A DNA stretch of 64,000 nucleotides from Promethearchaeota archaeon (lineage in GTDB: Archaea; Asgardarchaeota; Thorarchaeia; Thorarchaeales; Thorarchaeaceae): contig JBHLPF010000007.1 of the NCBI GenBank assembly GCA_048939765.1, positions 28,511 to 92,510 of the forward strand, read 5' to 3'. Below the pieces are notes generated by a model, which saw nothing but the letters and a program-made list of their open reading frames with translations, was not told where the DNA came from and searched no databases. Below are positions 1 through 10,484 of the stretch, piece after piece. A program made the position numbers and the translations under genes. Each line of letters opens with the position of its first letter. Positions within the stretch are counted from its first letter, which is position 1.

Positions 1-1593
1 CACAGGTGCCGCAAGATTCACGTTTGTTAGTGCAATTACACCTGGAATCCGGAGTGTTTCAGTGGACTCAAGAAAGGCTGCAAAAAGGGCCAGCACTGAC
101 ACTGCTGATGCACCAATGGCAAATCCCTTTGTGATCGCCTTTGTGGTGTTGCCACTGGCATCCAGTTTATCACATACTACAATTGCCTCTTCGGGTGCTT
201 GAGCCTGTTCGATGACACCTCGTGCGTTATCCACAATGGGCCCATATGCATCCGAGCTCATGATCATTCCATTGGTTGACAGTAGGCCAACGGCTGCTAT
301 CGCGACACAGTAGATTCCATTCTCCCACGTCTGTGGACCTAGGGTTGATGCCCCTGATCCAAGAAGAAATGAAGCCACCATGGCTACACCAATACCAACC
401 ACAGATGGGACCGCACTCAGCAGACCGTATGAGTAGCCTGACAGGATTAGATTCGCAGAACTCTTGTCTGCAGACTCGACCATTTTTTGCACGGGCGTGA
501 ATCCTCCAAAACCTCGGTCGCTGGTGAACACATCACTTGTAAAGCCGATGAATACACCAGCAAAGAGACCGACGATTGCTGCCAGTGCTATTGCGAGGTC
601 GAGCTGTAGAAACAGTACCATGGACACCGTGAAGATAGCAAATAGAATCGTCGTGATATAGGTCCCTCGATTCAATGCGGGTCCTGGATCTTGGTCTGGC
701 TTCGCTCTGACCAAGAAGACACCGATTACTGAGGCGATAGTCCCAAGAGCAGCAATCATGAGAGGTAGGAGCCCAAACAGCTGGACGCCATCCAAGTGCA
801 AGTCAATGCCAGCACCAAGGATTGAGGCCGCGAGGATAGCTGCCACATTGCTGTCATACAGGTCTGCTCCGGTTCCAGCTACGTCGCCAACATTGTCACC
901 GACCGCATCAGCAACAGCAGCGGGATTTCTAGGGTCATCTTCAGGAATGTGATGTTCAATCTTGCCAACAAGATCAGCCGAAAGGTCAGCAGTCTTTGTA
1001 TATATGCCGCCGCCAGCTTTGGCAAACAAGGCTACTGTGCTAGCTCCAAATGAGAAACCCGTAATAATCTCCCAGAGGGCAACTGCAGGCTCCACACCAA
1101 TTGCCTCAAAGACCTCCGCAGGAATGACAGTATTCCAAAGGAAATAGAGAGTCCCTAGTCCGACTAGCGCTATCCCGGCGATCATCAGCCCCATTACTGA
1201 GCCAGCTCGGAATGCCACTTTGAAGGCAGGAACAAGTCCCCCTGTTTCCGCAGCCGCGGCTGTTCGACGGTTTGCTTTGGTAGCCACGACTATTCCAACA
1301 TATCCCGCAGCCATGCTAGCCCCTGAGCCGAGGATATAAGAAATGGCGATTTGAATGCCGAAGTCTCGAAATAGAATTGCGATGAGTATCGCAAGAATCA
1401 GAGTAAAGATTGTGAGTATCTTGTATTGAACCTTGATGAAAGAGTATGCGCCTTCTTCAACTAGTGCACTGACTTCGCGCATTTTTTCGCTGCCTTGGTC
1501 TTCTTTCTTGACCTGATAGTAGATGATGAAGGCGACAAGTATTGCTAGCACACCCGATGCAATACTTGTTCCTAGGAAAAGTGGGGCCGCCAT
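1..1593 (-). CDS. hppA: Membrane-bound H+-translocating pyrophosphatase, K+-independent type (3' part runs off the window start)
   Basis: Not in the ORF track because it is truncated. Manual translation from ATG at 1593 gives MAAPLFLGTSIASG..., GGGIYTKTADLSADLVGKIEHHIPEDDPRNPAAVADAVGDNVGDVAG and LDASGNTTKAITKGF, the canonical mPPase motifs. Confidence 0.95.
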   Translation of the reverse strand, partial: MAAPLFLGTSIASGVLAILVAFIIYYQVKKEDQGSEKMREVSALVEEGAYSFIKVQYKILTIFTLILAILIAILFRDFGIQIAISYILGSGASMAAGYVGIVVATKANRRTAAAAETGGLVPAFKVAFRAGSVMGLMIAGIALVGLGTLYFLWNTVIPAEVFEAIGVEPAVALWEIITGFSFGASTVALFAKAGGGIYTKTADLSADLVGKIEHHIPEDDPRNPAAVADAVGDNVGDVAGTGADLYDSNVAAILAASILGAGIDLHLDGVQLFGLLPLMIAALGTIASVIGVFLVRAKPDQDPGPALNRGTYITTILFAIFTVSMVLFLQLDLAIALAAIVGLFAGVFIGFTSDVFTSDRGFGGFTPVQKMVESADKSSANLILSGYSYGLLSAVPSVVGIGVAMVASFLLGSGASTLGPQTWENGIYCVAIAAVGLLSTNGMIMSSDAYGPIVDNARGVIEQAQAPEEAIVVCDKLDASGNTTKAITKGFAIGASAVSVLALFAAFLESTETLRIPGVIALTNVNLAAPV

Positions 1594-1670
1594 TTTGTAT
1601 GCTCCATGTTTTTCGGGAGATGCCCTGTATATAGACTCTCCTCTAGTCGCAGCACAAATAGATTCAAAGA

Positions 1671-2159
1671 CTAGAGTTTTCGAAGCTGGTGGTTCTCGAT
1701 AACTGGATCAAGCTCCAAAACTTCAACCTTCAGCATCTTGTCACCTTGACGTATCTGCTTGACAACATCAAAGCCCTCGACTGTCTGACCAAACACTGTG
1801 TGCTTTCCATTAAGGTGTTTGCAGTTGTTCCCATTCAGAACTATAAAGAATTGGGACCCACCCGTGTCACGTCCTGCATGTGCCATTGAAAAGGCTCCAT
1901 CACTGTGTTTCTGCCTGTGTCCACTTGTTTCACAGGGGATTCTGTATCCTGGACCGCCTGAACCAGTTCCTGTTGGGTCACCGCCCTGAATCACGAAGTC
2001 AGGTACTACACGATGAAACATGAGACCGTCATAATAGCCGCTTTGAGCTAGTGTGACGAAGTTTTTGACGGTGTTGATAGCATCATCTGACCAAAACTCT
2101 GCGACTATGTCACCCTTGTTTGTCTGAATCTTAATTCTAGTTGCCAAAGATATCACCAT
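1671..2159 (-). CDS. Cyclophilin-type peptidyl-prolyl cis-trans isomerase
   Basis: YYDGLMFHRVVPDFVIQGGDP, SMAHAGRDTGGSQFF, HTVFG motifs. Confidence 0.95.
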   Translation of the reverse strand: MVISLATRIKIQTNKGDIVAEFWSDDAINTVKNFVTLAQSGYYDGLMFHRVVPDFVIQGGDPTGTGSGGPGYRIPCETSGHRQKHSDGAFSMAHAGRDTGGSQFFIVLNGNNCKHLNGKHTVFGQTVEGFDVVKQIRQGDKMLKVEVLELDPVIENHQLRKL

Positions 2160-2285
2160 GACAATTGCTAACCAGCCGTTTTGCCAGTTGTTTTTTCACA
2201 GTATGACTCCTTCTTAGAGGTTGCGAAGCGGTCATAGGTATTATGCTCATCATTCTTAAGCACACCAAACGACTCCCTCGCGGTC

Positions 2286-3491
2286 ATGATAATAGAGAAA
2301 GAGTACAAAGAAGGCAGAATCACCTTCGTCAGTGCAGATGTGGACTATTATAGTGAGAATAAGAAGCAGCCAACTGCTGACATGCCAGTCTTCATGAATC
2401 CACGTATGCGCCTTAATCGTGACTTCTCTGTTCTCTTTCTCGCCGCGTATCTAGATGGAAATCCAATAGAACTGATGTGTGAACCACTTGCGGGATGCGG
2501 TGTCAGAACGCTCCGTTATCTGAAAGAGTGCCAAGGGACATTTGATGCATTGATGTTTGATGCGAATCCAAATGCCATTGAAACTATCAACAAGAACATA
2601 CAGCTTCTAGGACTCTCTGAGAGGGCTATGGCAAAGCTAGGAGATGCCAAGGTCCTTCTACTGACTGAATCGAGGGAGAGGAGATTTGACTACGTGGATG
2701 TTGATCCATTTGGAACGCCTGCTCCGTACATGAGTGCGGCAATTCAATCAATGGGTCCCAAGGGAGGGCTTCTTGCCCTCACGGCTACCGATATGGCATC
2801 ACTCTATGGTGTCTATCCTAGAGTGGCTCTCAGGAAATACGGTGGTCTCTCGACTAGGACTCCATTCTCACACGAGCTTGCTGTGAGACTCTTGATTGGA
2901 CATTCTTTCAATGTCGCAGGAGCCAACGACTACTCGGTCACGCCACTTGCGGTGCTAAGTACGGATCATTATATCAGAATCTGGCTCCGAATCAGAGCTG
3001 ACAGAAACGGAGCGAATCGCAATGTAGATGACATGGGGCTAGTCATGTATTGTCCGGAGTGCATGCATTCTGAAATGATTCCATTGAGGTCTAAACAGGA
3101 GTACTGGAAAATTGAGCATCAGAAGGATGATTGTTCTGGAAGGCTTGTCACTGCCGGTCCTCTCTGGATTGGCAGTCTCTACGATACAGACATCTTGGAC
3201 GCTGCGGAACGGATTGTTCCAGAAATGGAAGATGTGTTTGAGAAACGTGTCACAAAGATGCTACGGATGATGATTGATGAGTGTGTACTGGATACTAATC
3301 CGTTTATTGACATCCACGCACTCTGTGACCTACATAACCTGGTCCCTCCGAAGCTTGCAGAAATCATCTCCGCCCTTAGAGAGGCTGGAAATCTTGCGGA
3401 ACGGACCCATTTCAGACCAACGGCGATACGAACTAACGCCGCAGTAAGAGAAGTGGCTGAGATTGTAGCCGCACTTTCAGGAGAGAAGTAG
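2286..3491 (+). CDS. trm1: tRNA (guanine26-N2,N2)-dimethyltransferase
   Basis: VFMNPRMRLNRD, LAGCGVR, DVDPFGTP, LTATD motifs; C-terminal RTHF. Confidence 0.93.
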   Translation: MIIEKEYKEGRITFVSADVDYYSENKKQPTADMPVFMNPRMRLNRDFSVLFLAAYLDGNPIELMCEPLAGCGVRTLRYLKECQGTFDALMFDANPNAIETINKNIQLLGLSERAMAKLGDAKVLLLTESRERRFDYVDVDPFGTPAPYMSAAIQSMGPKGGLLALTATDMASLYGVYPRVALRKYGGLSTRTPFSHELAVRLLIGHSFNVAGANDYSVTPLAVLSTDHYIRIWLRIRADRNGANRNVDDMGLVMYCPECMHSEMIPLRSKQEYWKIEHQKDDCSGRLVTAGPLWIGSLYDTDILDAAERIVPEMEDVFEKRVTKMLRMMIDECVLDTNPFIDIHALCDLHNLVPPKLAEIISALREAGNLAERTHFRPTAIRTNAAVREVAEIVAALSGEK

Positions 3492-3493
3492 AC

Positions 3494-4114
3494 ATGCCTA
3501 GACCAAAGAAATCCCGGACGAAAGAACACTACTACAAGTCGGCCAAGGCCCATGGATACAGGGCTAGGAGTGCATACAAGCTTAGACAGATTGCACAAAA
3601 ACACAAGCTGCTTGATGATGTCGATACCGTAGTCGAACTCTGTAGTAGTCCGGGCGGATGGACTCAGGTGCTTCGAGAGATGGACAGTGGTCTAGAAATT
3701 GTGGCTGTTGATCTCAATCCAATGGCTCCAATTAAAGGAGTGACATTCATTCAAGGGGACATCTTGGAACCCAAGACACTGGACCAAATCAGGGCTGCAA
3801 CCCGTGGGACCATTGATCTGGTCATATCCGACTGTGCGCCAAATGTGTCTGGAAACTGGGACTTGGACGTCTTCAGACAGCTCTCATTAGCTGAACGTGC
3901 TCTAGACATTGGAATGAAGCTATTGGATTCCAAAGGAAAGGTACTCACGAAGGTCTTCCAAGGCAGTGGATTCCAAGAGTTCCTTCAGACGACTAGGAAG
4001 AAGTACCGTTCTGTCAAACTGGTAAAACCAGCAGCATCACGCCAGAGCAGTGCCGAGATCTATCTACTTGCGTTAGGACCAATTGGAAAGCCAGAAAATG
4101 AAATCGGGCACTAG
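3494..4114 (+). CDS. rlmE: 23S rRNA Um2552 2'-O-methyltransferase (RlmE/FtsJ)
   Basis: GYRARSAYKL, SPGGW, SDCAPNVSG, KVFQG, KPAASRQSSAEIY (K-D-K-E tetrad). Confidence 0.95.
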   Translation: MPRPKKSRTKEHYYKSAKAHGYRARSAYKLRQIAQKHKLLDDVDTVVELCSSPGGWTQVLREMDSGLEIVAVDLNPMAPIKGVTFIQGDILEPKTLDQIRAATRGTIDLVISDCAPNVSGNWDLDVFRQLSLAERALDIGMKLLDSKGKVLTKVFQGSGFQEFLQTTRKKYRSVKLVKPAASRQSSAEIYLLALGPIGKPENEIGH

Positions 4115-4464
4115 TTCGCCTGTGTACTGATCATCCAATCTTCAATTTCCCTGCAGCTAACAGGCGAGTCAGGCTGTCTAACACCACATCTGCTAATCTT
4201 CAGACAATGAAAACAGGGACACCCATTCATATCGGACAGACTACCATGGTCAGCCTCATCGCTGAAGTCCGCTCTCAGCATATACTTCTCTTCCTTTTGT
4301 TCTAGTTTCTGCACTTTGATTAGCCCCTTTGTCACAAGTTGCTCGATTTTATCGGTCAATTTGGCTGGTTTCATACCAAGGCTAGACGCTAGTTCATTGA
4401 CGAGAAGACCCCTCTCCCCTGCCGCATTCAGAGCGTCCAGAATTGGGTCCATTTCATCGTTCAT
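4111..4464 (-). CDS. tfeB: Transcription factor E beta subunit (RPC34/RPC39-like winged helix + Fe-S domain)
   Basis: N-terminal wHTH plus C-terminal PCFHC-x5-C-x10-C-x5-W cluster motif. Confidence 0.8.
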   Translation of the reverse strand: MNDEMDPILDALNAAGERGLLVNELASSLGMKPAKLTDKIEQLVTKGLIKVQKLEQKEEKYMLRADFSDEADHGSLSDMNGCPCFHCLKISRCGVRQPDSPVSCREIEDWMISTQAN

Positions 4465-4574
4465 TGAGATGACCTTTGGCTAACACATGGCAACACACGA
4501 CATTCAGCACGGATTGATATTTAGATTTCGGAAGAGGCTCCACATTTTCGACAATTGATGTACAGAAGTGTACA

Positions 4575-4817
4575 TTATTTTGAACGTTTATAGAGATATA
4601 GAATCTGACCCACAAGCTTCTCTGCACTTTTCTTGTCCAAGGGTCGAACAGCCACATATGGGGTCTTCACAGGTCCAAACACATCAACAATAGCTCCAAT
4701 CTTCTCGGCATTTTTGTTCACAACGACTGATTTGTCGCCCATAGCAGGTGTCTTGTCTGTTTTGAGGATTAGAAACCCCCGTTTGGAAACATGTAACACT
4801 TTTCCGAGTCGTTTCAT
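4575..4817 (-). CDS. gar1: H/ACA RNP subunit Gar1
   Basis: MKRLGKVLH...IGAIVDVFGPVKTPYVAV; start refined to ATG 4817. Confidence 0.9.
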   Translation of the reverse strand: MKRLGKVLHVSKRGFLILKTDKTPAMGDKSVVVNKNAEKIGAIVDVFGPVKTPYVAVRPLDKKSAEKLVGQILYLYKRSK

Positions 4818-4843
4818 CAGAATCCACCGAGTTCCCAACAGAA

Positions 4844-5206
4844 CTATCGCTTCTTGCCTTTTCGTTTCTTCTTGCTCTTTTTCTTTTCCGCATCTTTCTT
4901 CGCGGATTCACGCTGTGCAACTATGCGTCTAACGCCCTTAGCCAACATTAGCAGTAGCCGCTTCTTCTTGTGTCCTTCAGGATTCTCTACGACCAGATAG
5001 CCGCTCGCACTGCTCCAATTCCGAGGATATCGCTTGTCTGGTTCCAACTCATACTCAAACCCTGCAGATTCTGCAGCCTTCTGAAGGATTTCAACTGTGA
5101 CTTCAGGCGCACCAAGATTCTTTGACACCCTCCGTCCTTGTGCTCTACTTAAGTTGGAATCCAAGTATGCGGGCCAAACAATAACCATTCCATCGCGTTT
5201 TCTCAT
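4844..5206 (-). CDS. srp19: Signal recognition particle 19 kDa protein
   Basis: [29 protein letters not shown]; start refined to ATG 5206. Confidence 0.92.
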   Translation of the reverse strand: MRKRDGMVIVWPAYLDSNLSRAQGRRVSKNLGAPEVTVEILQKAAESAGFEYELEPDKRYPRNWSSASGYLVVENPEGHKKKRLLLMLAKGVRRIVAQRESAKKDAEKKKSKKKRKGKKR

Positions 5207-5342
5207 TACTGCGAGATTCTCCTTGGTTCCGTGGACAGGCGCCCCCAGGACCAGTGTTCTTTTTATCTTTCCCATTCCGCGACGGACAAAGACCTTCATA
5301 AGAACGAATAGTCTCCTCAAGAATCAAGGAGCTGTTCTGATA

Positions 5343-5819
5343 TTGGCAAGGAAGAGCAAGGACGTCTACTTCTGCGAGATTGCAGACTTGGTATCATCGA
5401 GAAGCACTTGTCTAAGAAACCAAGTAGGAGCTGTAATCGTAAAGGAAGCACAGATTCTCAGTACGGGATACAACGGTGCGCCAAAGGGACTGAAGCATTG
5501 TGAAGAGGTAGGTTGTATGCGCGAGGAGCTTGGTGTCAAACCTGGTGAACGACACGAGCTCTGTCGTGGTCTTCATGCTGAGCAGAACGCCGTCATTCAG
5601 GCTGCCTATCATGGTGTAAGTGTGAATGGTGCTATGATATTCTGCACAACAAGACCCTGTAGTATTTGCACCAAGATCCTAATCAATGCAGGAATCAAGG
5701 AGATAGTGTACATCGAACACTATGAGGACAAGCTTGCAGCCCAGCTTATAGATGAGGCAGGGCTCAAGCTGAGACAAGTCGAGATTCCTAGAAAATATGG
5801 AAGGAACTCTTCCAAGTAG
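5343..5819 (+). CDS. dCMP deaminase (ComEB/cytidine deaminase family)
   Basis: [33 protein letters not shown]; start refined to TTG 5343. Confidence 0.9.
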   Translation: MARKSKDVYFCEIADLVSSRSTCLRNQVGAVIVKEAQILSTGYNGAPKGLKHCEEVGCMREELGVKPGERHELCRGLHAEQNAVIQAAYHGVSVNGAMIFCTTRPCSICTKILINAGIKEIVYIEHYEDKLAAQLIDEAGLKLRQVEIPRKYGRNSSK

Positions 5820-5912
5820 GTGTAGGCGCCAACTTGGGAAAGGCACCGGTTCTCTGGAAAGCTTAAAGTACGACATCAGTTGCTCATCGGCCAATAGCTG
5901 GAGAGGCGCCTG

Positions 5913-6827
5913 ATGCGAAGTTTGCACAATCTGATCAGCATACATGACCTCGACCGGACCACGATAGACAAGATTCTCAAGACTGCTGAGGAGATGGAAT
6001 CTGTTGCCGTCGAAAGGTCAAACGAATTGAGTGGCAAGATTATGGCGACTCTCTTCTTTGAACCATCGACTAGGACTCGGCTTTCATTTGAGAGTGCAAT
6101 GATCAGGTTAGGCGGACGTGTTCTTGGATTTGCAGATGTGATCTCATCATCAGCTGGAGGTAAGGGGGAAACTCTTGCAGATACAATCCGTACAGTCGAA
6201 AGATATGCAGACATCATTGTGATACGACACCCCTTGGATGGCTCGGCAAGAGTCGCTGCAGAGTTTTCAAGCGTCCCTATAATCAATGCTGGCAGTGGTT
6301 CTGAAGAACATCCAACACAAGCACTCCTCGATCTCTATTCCATTAAGAAGATAAAAGGTACAATAGACGGCCTCTCAATCTCGCTCTGTGGAGATTTGAG
6401 GTACGGCAGAACTGTTCATTCTCTCGGGATGGCCCTCTCATACTACGATGTCAATGTCAAGCTGGCTGCCCCGCCCACATTGAGAATGAAGCCAGCAATC
6501 GTTGAGGAAATGAAGAAATCAGGCATCAAGGTCACTGAAGTCGAATCTGTTGAGGATGCAATTAGCGACGTGGATGTTGTTTACATGACTCGTATCCAGA
6601 AGGAACGCTTTCCTGATGTGAACGAGTATGACGAAGTTAGAGGCAAGTTCCGAATCACAGCTGATGATCTAAAGCTGATGCGTGAGGATGCTATCATCCT
6701 TCACCCCCTTCCTCGTGTTGATGAACTCTCTTCAGAGATTGACAATACACCACATGCGAAGTATTTCGATCAAGTATATAGTGGCGTGGTGACGAGGATG
6801 GCCATCTTGAAGATGATACTTGGCTAA
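5913..6827 (+). CDS. pyrB: Aspartate carbamoyltransferase catalytic subunit
   Basis: FFEPSTRTRLSF, HPTQALLD, RIQKERF, HPLPR. Confidence 0.97.
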   Translation: MRSLHNLISIHDLDRTTIDKILKTAEEMESVAVERSNELSGKIMATLFFEPSTRTRLSFESAMIRLGGRVLGFADVISSSAGGKGETLADTIRTVERYADIIVIRHPLDGSARVAAEFSSVPIINAGSGSEEHPTQALLDLYSIKKIKGTIDGLSISLCGDLRYGRTVHSLGMALSYYDVNVKLAAPPTLRMKPAIVEEMKKSGIKVTEVESVEDAISDVDVVYMTRIQKERFPDVNEYDEVRGKFRITADDLKLMREDAIILHPLPRVDELSSEIDNTPHAKYFDQVYSGVVTRMAILKMILG

Positions 6828-7564
6828 TCTGGACCTATGCTGCGGAGTTCTCGAACAAGCGTGTCAAGTGAACTAATCTTGCTGACTGCTAGAGGAATTC
6901 TCATCTGTTCTGAGAGCTCAAGCGCAAGTCTATCAACTTCATCTACGCCATGTAGGATGACTAGAGTTGGTTTGAATTCTTGGGATTTTATTGCAATCAT
7001 CGGAGCGCGTCCAGTATTTGCTTTTGTGAATATCAGACATCGTTCAGTTGTAGCGCCGAAGAGCTTCAAGAACCCTTCACTGCTAAGCTCTTTCACAGCC
7101 CGTTCGACATCAACCAAAGTGTATCCGTAGATCTCTTTGTCCAAGAGATTCGCTCCAGTCTTGACACTACACTTTAATCTCTTGCAGAAGTCGTCCATAG
7201 TCATAGGGGACATGAAATCGCTCATGGCCAAGACTATGTTCAGATCAACAAGACTCACATCCATGAGACGAACAAATGCGGCAATCACCTGACCACCATT
7301 CCGCTCGTCAAGTGATATCAGTGCCATCACAAAACGCCTTATAGTTGATGTACCTGGTGATTTCCTCCGTCCTGACTCATAGTCACTGATAACACTCGGA
7401 CTAATGCCAATGAAGTCAGCAAGCTCGATTTGAGGGAGTCGAAAGCGTTCTCTCCAGACACGCATGGTCTTCCCTGGGTAATCAGACAATGCTATCTCGC
7501 CGGCAATACGTCGTGCAAGTCTCTCCCTGACAGACGACTGCATTGACATAGCTGAGCCTCTCAT
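6824..7564 (-). CDS. Archaeal XRE-type HTH transcriptional regulator (COG1709-like)
   Basis: IAGEIALS..PGKTMRVWRERF..ISPSVISDYESGRRKSPG; TGRAPMIAIK. Confidence 0.85.
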   Translation of the reverse strand: MRGSAMSMQSSVRERLARRIAGEIALSDYPGKTMRVWRERFRLPQIELADFIGISPSVISDYESGRRKSPGTSTIRRFVMALISLDERNGGQVIAAFVRLMDVSLVDLNIVLAMSDFMSPMTMDDFCKRLKCSVKTGANLLDKEIYGYTLVDVERAVKELSSEGFLKLFGATTERCLIFTKANTGRAPMIAIKSQEFKPTLVILHGVDEVDRLALELSEQMRIPLAVSKISSLDTLVRELRSIGPD

Positions 7565-7649
7565 AGTTCAGTGATAAGGATTTCGACTATTGCCGAAGTC
7601 ACTCTTGAGATGCCAATCTAGGAGAAGACCGAATCAGGCCTTCCAGAGA

Positions 7650-7758
7650 TGGTGGGCCGGAGGAGATTCGAACTCCTGATCCCCTGGAGACCTGCTTGCA
7701 GACCTGATGGTCACCAAGTCCCAAACCAGGAATCATAGCCAAGCTAGACCACCGACCC
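7650..7758 (-). tRNA. tRNA-Pro(UGG) with 31-nt canonical 37/38 intron (7689-7719)
   Basis: GGGTCGG acceptor, CCTGG-TT-TGG-G anticodon arm, GTTCGAATC T-loop, encoded CCA; BHB with central TTTG/CAGG helix. Confidence 0.93.
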
Positions 7759-7819
7759 TGTTGGTAGACGGAGTGTCCTTACTTACGGTTATAAGAATAG
7801 CGGAGCCTATCTTTGAAAT

Positions 7820-9508
7820 CTACAACTCTAGGATGATTCCCTGAAGCGGTTCTAATCGAATGATGTCATCTTCAATTGGATTTGAGTCCCTCAGTACGGA
7901 GAATAGTACTTTGGGCTGCGTATGCGGTTTCTCAACTGAGATGCTCTTCTTAGACATATTCAACCAGACTTGCACTGACTGTTTGTCGAATTCTCGCTCA
8001 AAGGCGAGAACATTCCTTCGATTGGTTCGCAATTCAATCAGATTCAGTGAGCCTGAATGAAGTGCTGGCGTGTTTCTGCGAAGATGTAACAAGTCCCTAT
8101 AGAAATGAAGCAACGAATCACTATCTGACTCTTCAATCTCTACATTGATTTCTTCAAAACCCGGTGCTATCGATAACCATGGGTCAGAGTCGTCTGGACA
8201 GAAGCCTGCATTTGGTGAGGCGTTCCATTGCATTGGGGTTCTGCATTCATCTCGGTTGAGAGTGATTCTTCCACTTCTTGTCAAAAGATTGACCAGAATC
8301 TGAGGAATCCCACTGAATTTCTTGGCGATGGGATCCTGTCCTCTCTTGAGTGGGATTTTGTAGCTCGGCATCCCAATCTCTTCACCATAGTAGATGAAAG
8401 GAACGCCTCGTACGGTCAGTTGTATCATGACGTTGAGCTTTGCAAGTGCAAAATCATTACCAAGTTTGCTGATTCTACGTGCCTGGTCATGATTGGAGAA
8501 TACCCATGTTGGCATGTATGGTTCTGGGAGGAATCGCTCATATTCTTCAATCAAGTGTCGAAGAGCTTCTGCATATGGTTTGACATTGAGTGATTGGAAC
8601 TGGAAAGTCAGGTGAAGGCCATCTGTTTTAGCATCCACAATCTCACCGGAATATCTCTTCAAGACTTCAAGAGAAGATGTAATCTCTCCAACTAGGAATC
8701 GCTCGGGGTTGGAATATTCATCCATGATGCGCCTCAATTCCTTCACGAAGGCATAGTTCTCAGGGTGGTTGATTGTATGGATGTTGTTCTGGAACATGCC
8801 CCTTGCGTCTTCATCAGAGGGGAAGAGAGAGAACGCAAATGGATTGTCCCTGAGCTGCTCATCCTCGTAGATTGTATTGATGATATCGAGGCGAAATCCA
8901 TCCACTCCCTTGTCTAACCAGAATCGCATCGTATCATTCATCTCTCTCTTGATGTCAGGATTACGATAATTGAGGTCTGGTTGAAAGGGTAAGAACTGCG
9001 CCCAATACCATTGCTCGGTCAGTTCATCATAATGCCATCCTGAACCTCCTACCATAGATTTCCAGTTATTCGGAGGCTTCTTGCCGTCTGGCATTTTGCC
9101 ATCACGCCATATATACCAGTCACGCTTTGGATTCTCTCGGCTTGAGCGCGATTCTAGGAACCATGGGTGCTGGTCACTTGTATGATTGAGGACCATATCA
9201 AATACGACATGCATAGCCCGATTGTGGATCTCCTGGATGAGCATGTTACAGTCCGCCATTGTGCCATACTCTGGTGCGATATCTCGGTAGTCGCTCACAT
9301 CATACCCGTGGTCTGCTTGAGGACTCGTAAAGAAAGGCGAAAACCAAATGGTTTCAATTCCCAGATCCTGCAAATAGTCCAACTTTGAGATTATCCCAGG
9401 GATGTCGCCAACCCCATTACCTGTACTGTCTTTGAAACTACGTGGATAGACCTGATACACAGTAGTCTTCTTCCACCATGGGATGAGTTTGGGATTCTTC
9501 CCTCGCAC
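7820..9508 (-). CDS. GH13 alpha-glucosidase / oligo-1,6-glucosidase
   Basis: YQVYPRSFKDS, DMVLNHTSDQH, GFRLD, GE, NHD, RDECRTPMQW. Confidence 0.93.
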   Translation of the reverse strand: MRGKNPKLIPWWKKTTVYQVYPRSFKDSTGNGVGDIPGIISKLDYLQDLGIETIWFSPFFTSPQADHGYDVSDYRDIAPEYGTMADCNMLIQEIHNRAMHVVFDMVLNHTSDQHPWFLESRSSRENPKRDWYIWRDGKMPDGKKPPNNWKSMVGGSGWHYDELTEQWYWAQFLPFQPDLNYRNPDIKREMNDTMRFWLDKGVDGFRLDIINTIYEDEQLRDNPFAFSLFPSDEDARGMFQNNIHTINHPENYAFVKELRRIMDEYSNPERFLVGEITSSLEVLKRYSGEIVDAKTDGLHLTFQFQSLNVKPYAEALRHLIEEYERFLPEPYMPTWVFSNHDQARRISKLGNDFALAKLNVMIQLTVRGVPFIYYGEEIGMPSYKIPLKRGQDPIAKKFSGIPQILVNLLTRSGRITLNRDECRTPMQWNASPNAGFCPDDSDPWLSIAPGFEEINVEIEESDSDSLLHFYRDLLHLRRNTPALHSGSLNLIELRTNRRNVLAFEREFDKQSVQVWLNMSKKSISVEKPHTQPKVLFSVLRDSNPIEDDIIRLEPLQGIILEL

Positions 9509-9666
9509 TCGGGATTCCTCGTGTGTGTCAGACTATAACCCCCTCTTTTCTGTTCTTACTTCAGCCACATTGAAGTCTTGATGAAGTCCGACATTTGGAC
9601 GGGAATTTTACGTTTCAGTAATGAATAAGGTCATAAATAACTCCGCGGTAATCGATAGCGAGTAAG

Positions 9667-9912
9667 ATGAGTCTACTTGGTCCTGACGATTTCGACCTAG
9701 ATAGAAAAGGTCGCAAGAAGAAACTTGCAAAGGACCTTGCGCCTTCAATTGCGAAGGAGGTTGAAAGGTGGCTGGACAGGGAGGACGATCCTGAGGCTTT
9801 TAGGAGAGTATCAGAGTTGGTGGGTCCAGAAGAGGCCACCCGTCTGTTTGCTAGACGGCGAAAACAGACTAGAAAATCGAAACCCAAAGACCCTCTGCTC
9901 GAAGACCAATGA
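9667..9912 (+). CDS. Small charged hypothetical protein
   Basis: ATG start after AT-rich promoter-like region; lies directly upstream of the DUF202-like gene. Confidence 0.55.
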   Translation: MSLLGPDDFDLDRKGRKKKLAKDLAPSIAKEVERWLDREDDPEAFRRVSELVGPEEATRLFARRRKQTRKSKPKDPLLEDQ

Positions 9913-9922
9913 AGGGACCGCT

Positions 9923-10288
9923 TTGACAACAAATAGGCATGAGCTTGATGAAGAAACACAGCAAAGCAACTTGAGAACAGCCTTAGCATTCATTCGCACG
10001 ATAGACGCGGAGAAGAGAACCCACTTAGCTGAATTGCGAACGGGAATCGGTATATTGACAATACCAATGTCGCTATTGACAATTCTGATTGCCACATCAA
10101 ACTACTACTCGATCAACGAATTTCTGCCTGTCATAGCGGGGCTTGTTGTAGGTATAGTCATACTCCTCTTTATTGGGGGCTATCTTGTGGTCATCGCCCT
10201 AAGAGATATCAGAGGAGACGACCGCCTCCGGGCATCGTGCGATGACCTCTCGTACCTGGTGGCAGAGTTCAATAACGATGACGATTAG
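9923..10288 (+). CDS. DUF202 (YidH)-like small membrane protein
   Basis: AEKRTHLAELRTGIGIL followed by two hydrophobic helices; start refined to TTG 9923. Confidence 0.65.
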   Translation: MTTNRHELDEETQQSNLRTALAFIRTIDAEKRTHLAELRTGIGILTIPMSLLTILIATSNYYSINEFLPVIAGLVVGIVILLFIGGYLVVIALRDIRGDDRLRASCDDLSYLVAEFNNDDD

Positions 10289-10294
10289 AAGAAG

Positions 10295-10372
10295 TGGAGC
10301 CCCAGGAGGGATTTGAACCCTCGGCCTCCTCCTTACCAAGGAGGCGATCTAACCAGTCTGAGCTACTGAGGC
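10295..10372 (-). tRNA. tRNA-Thr(GGU), intron-less
   Basis: GCCTCAG acceptor, CCTCC-TT-GGT-AA-GGAGG, GTTCAAATC, encoded CCA. Confidence 0.95.
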
Positions 10373-10484
10373 ATCCGTTATGACAGGGCTCACAGAGCGA
10401 TGTCATTTCGCAGTCCGCACTGAGATTGGACATAAAGCTTTCGACGTGGAGCAGGGAGAACAAATAGGTGTTTCAGAGGAATCT

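Noticed and set aside
276-1147. Several short + strand ORFs, and similar antisense ORFs throughout the window
   Set aside because: They are shadows of well-supported genes on the opposite strand (here hppA)
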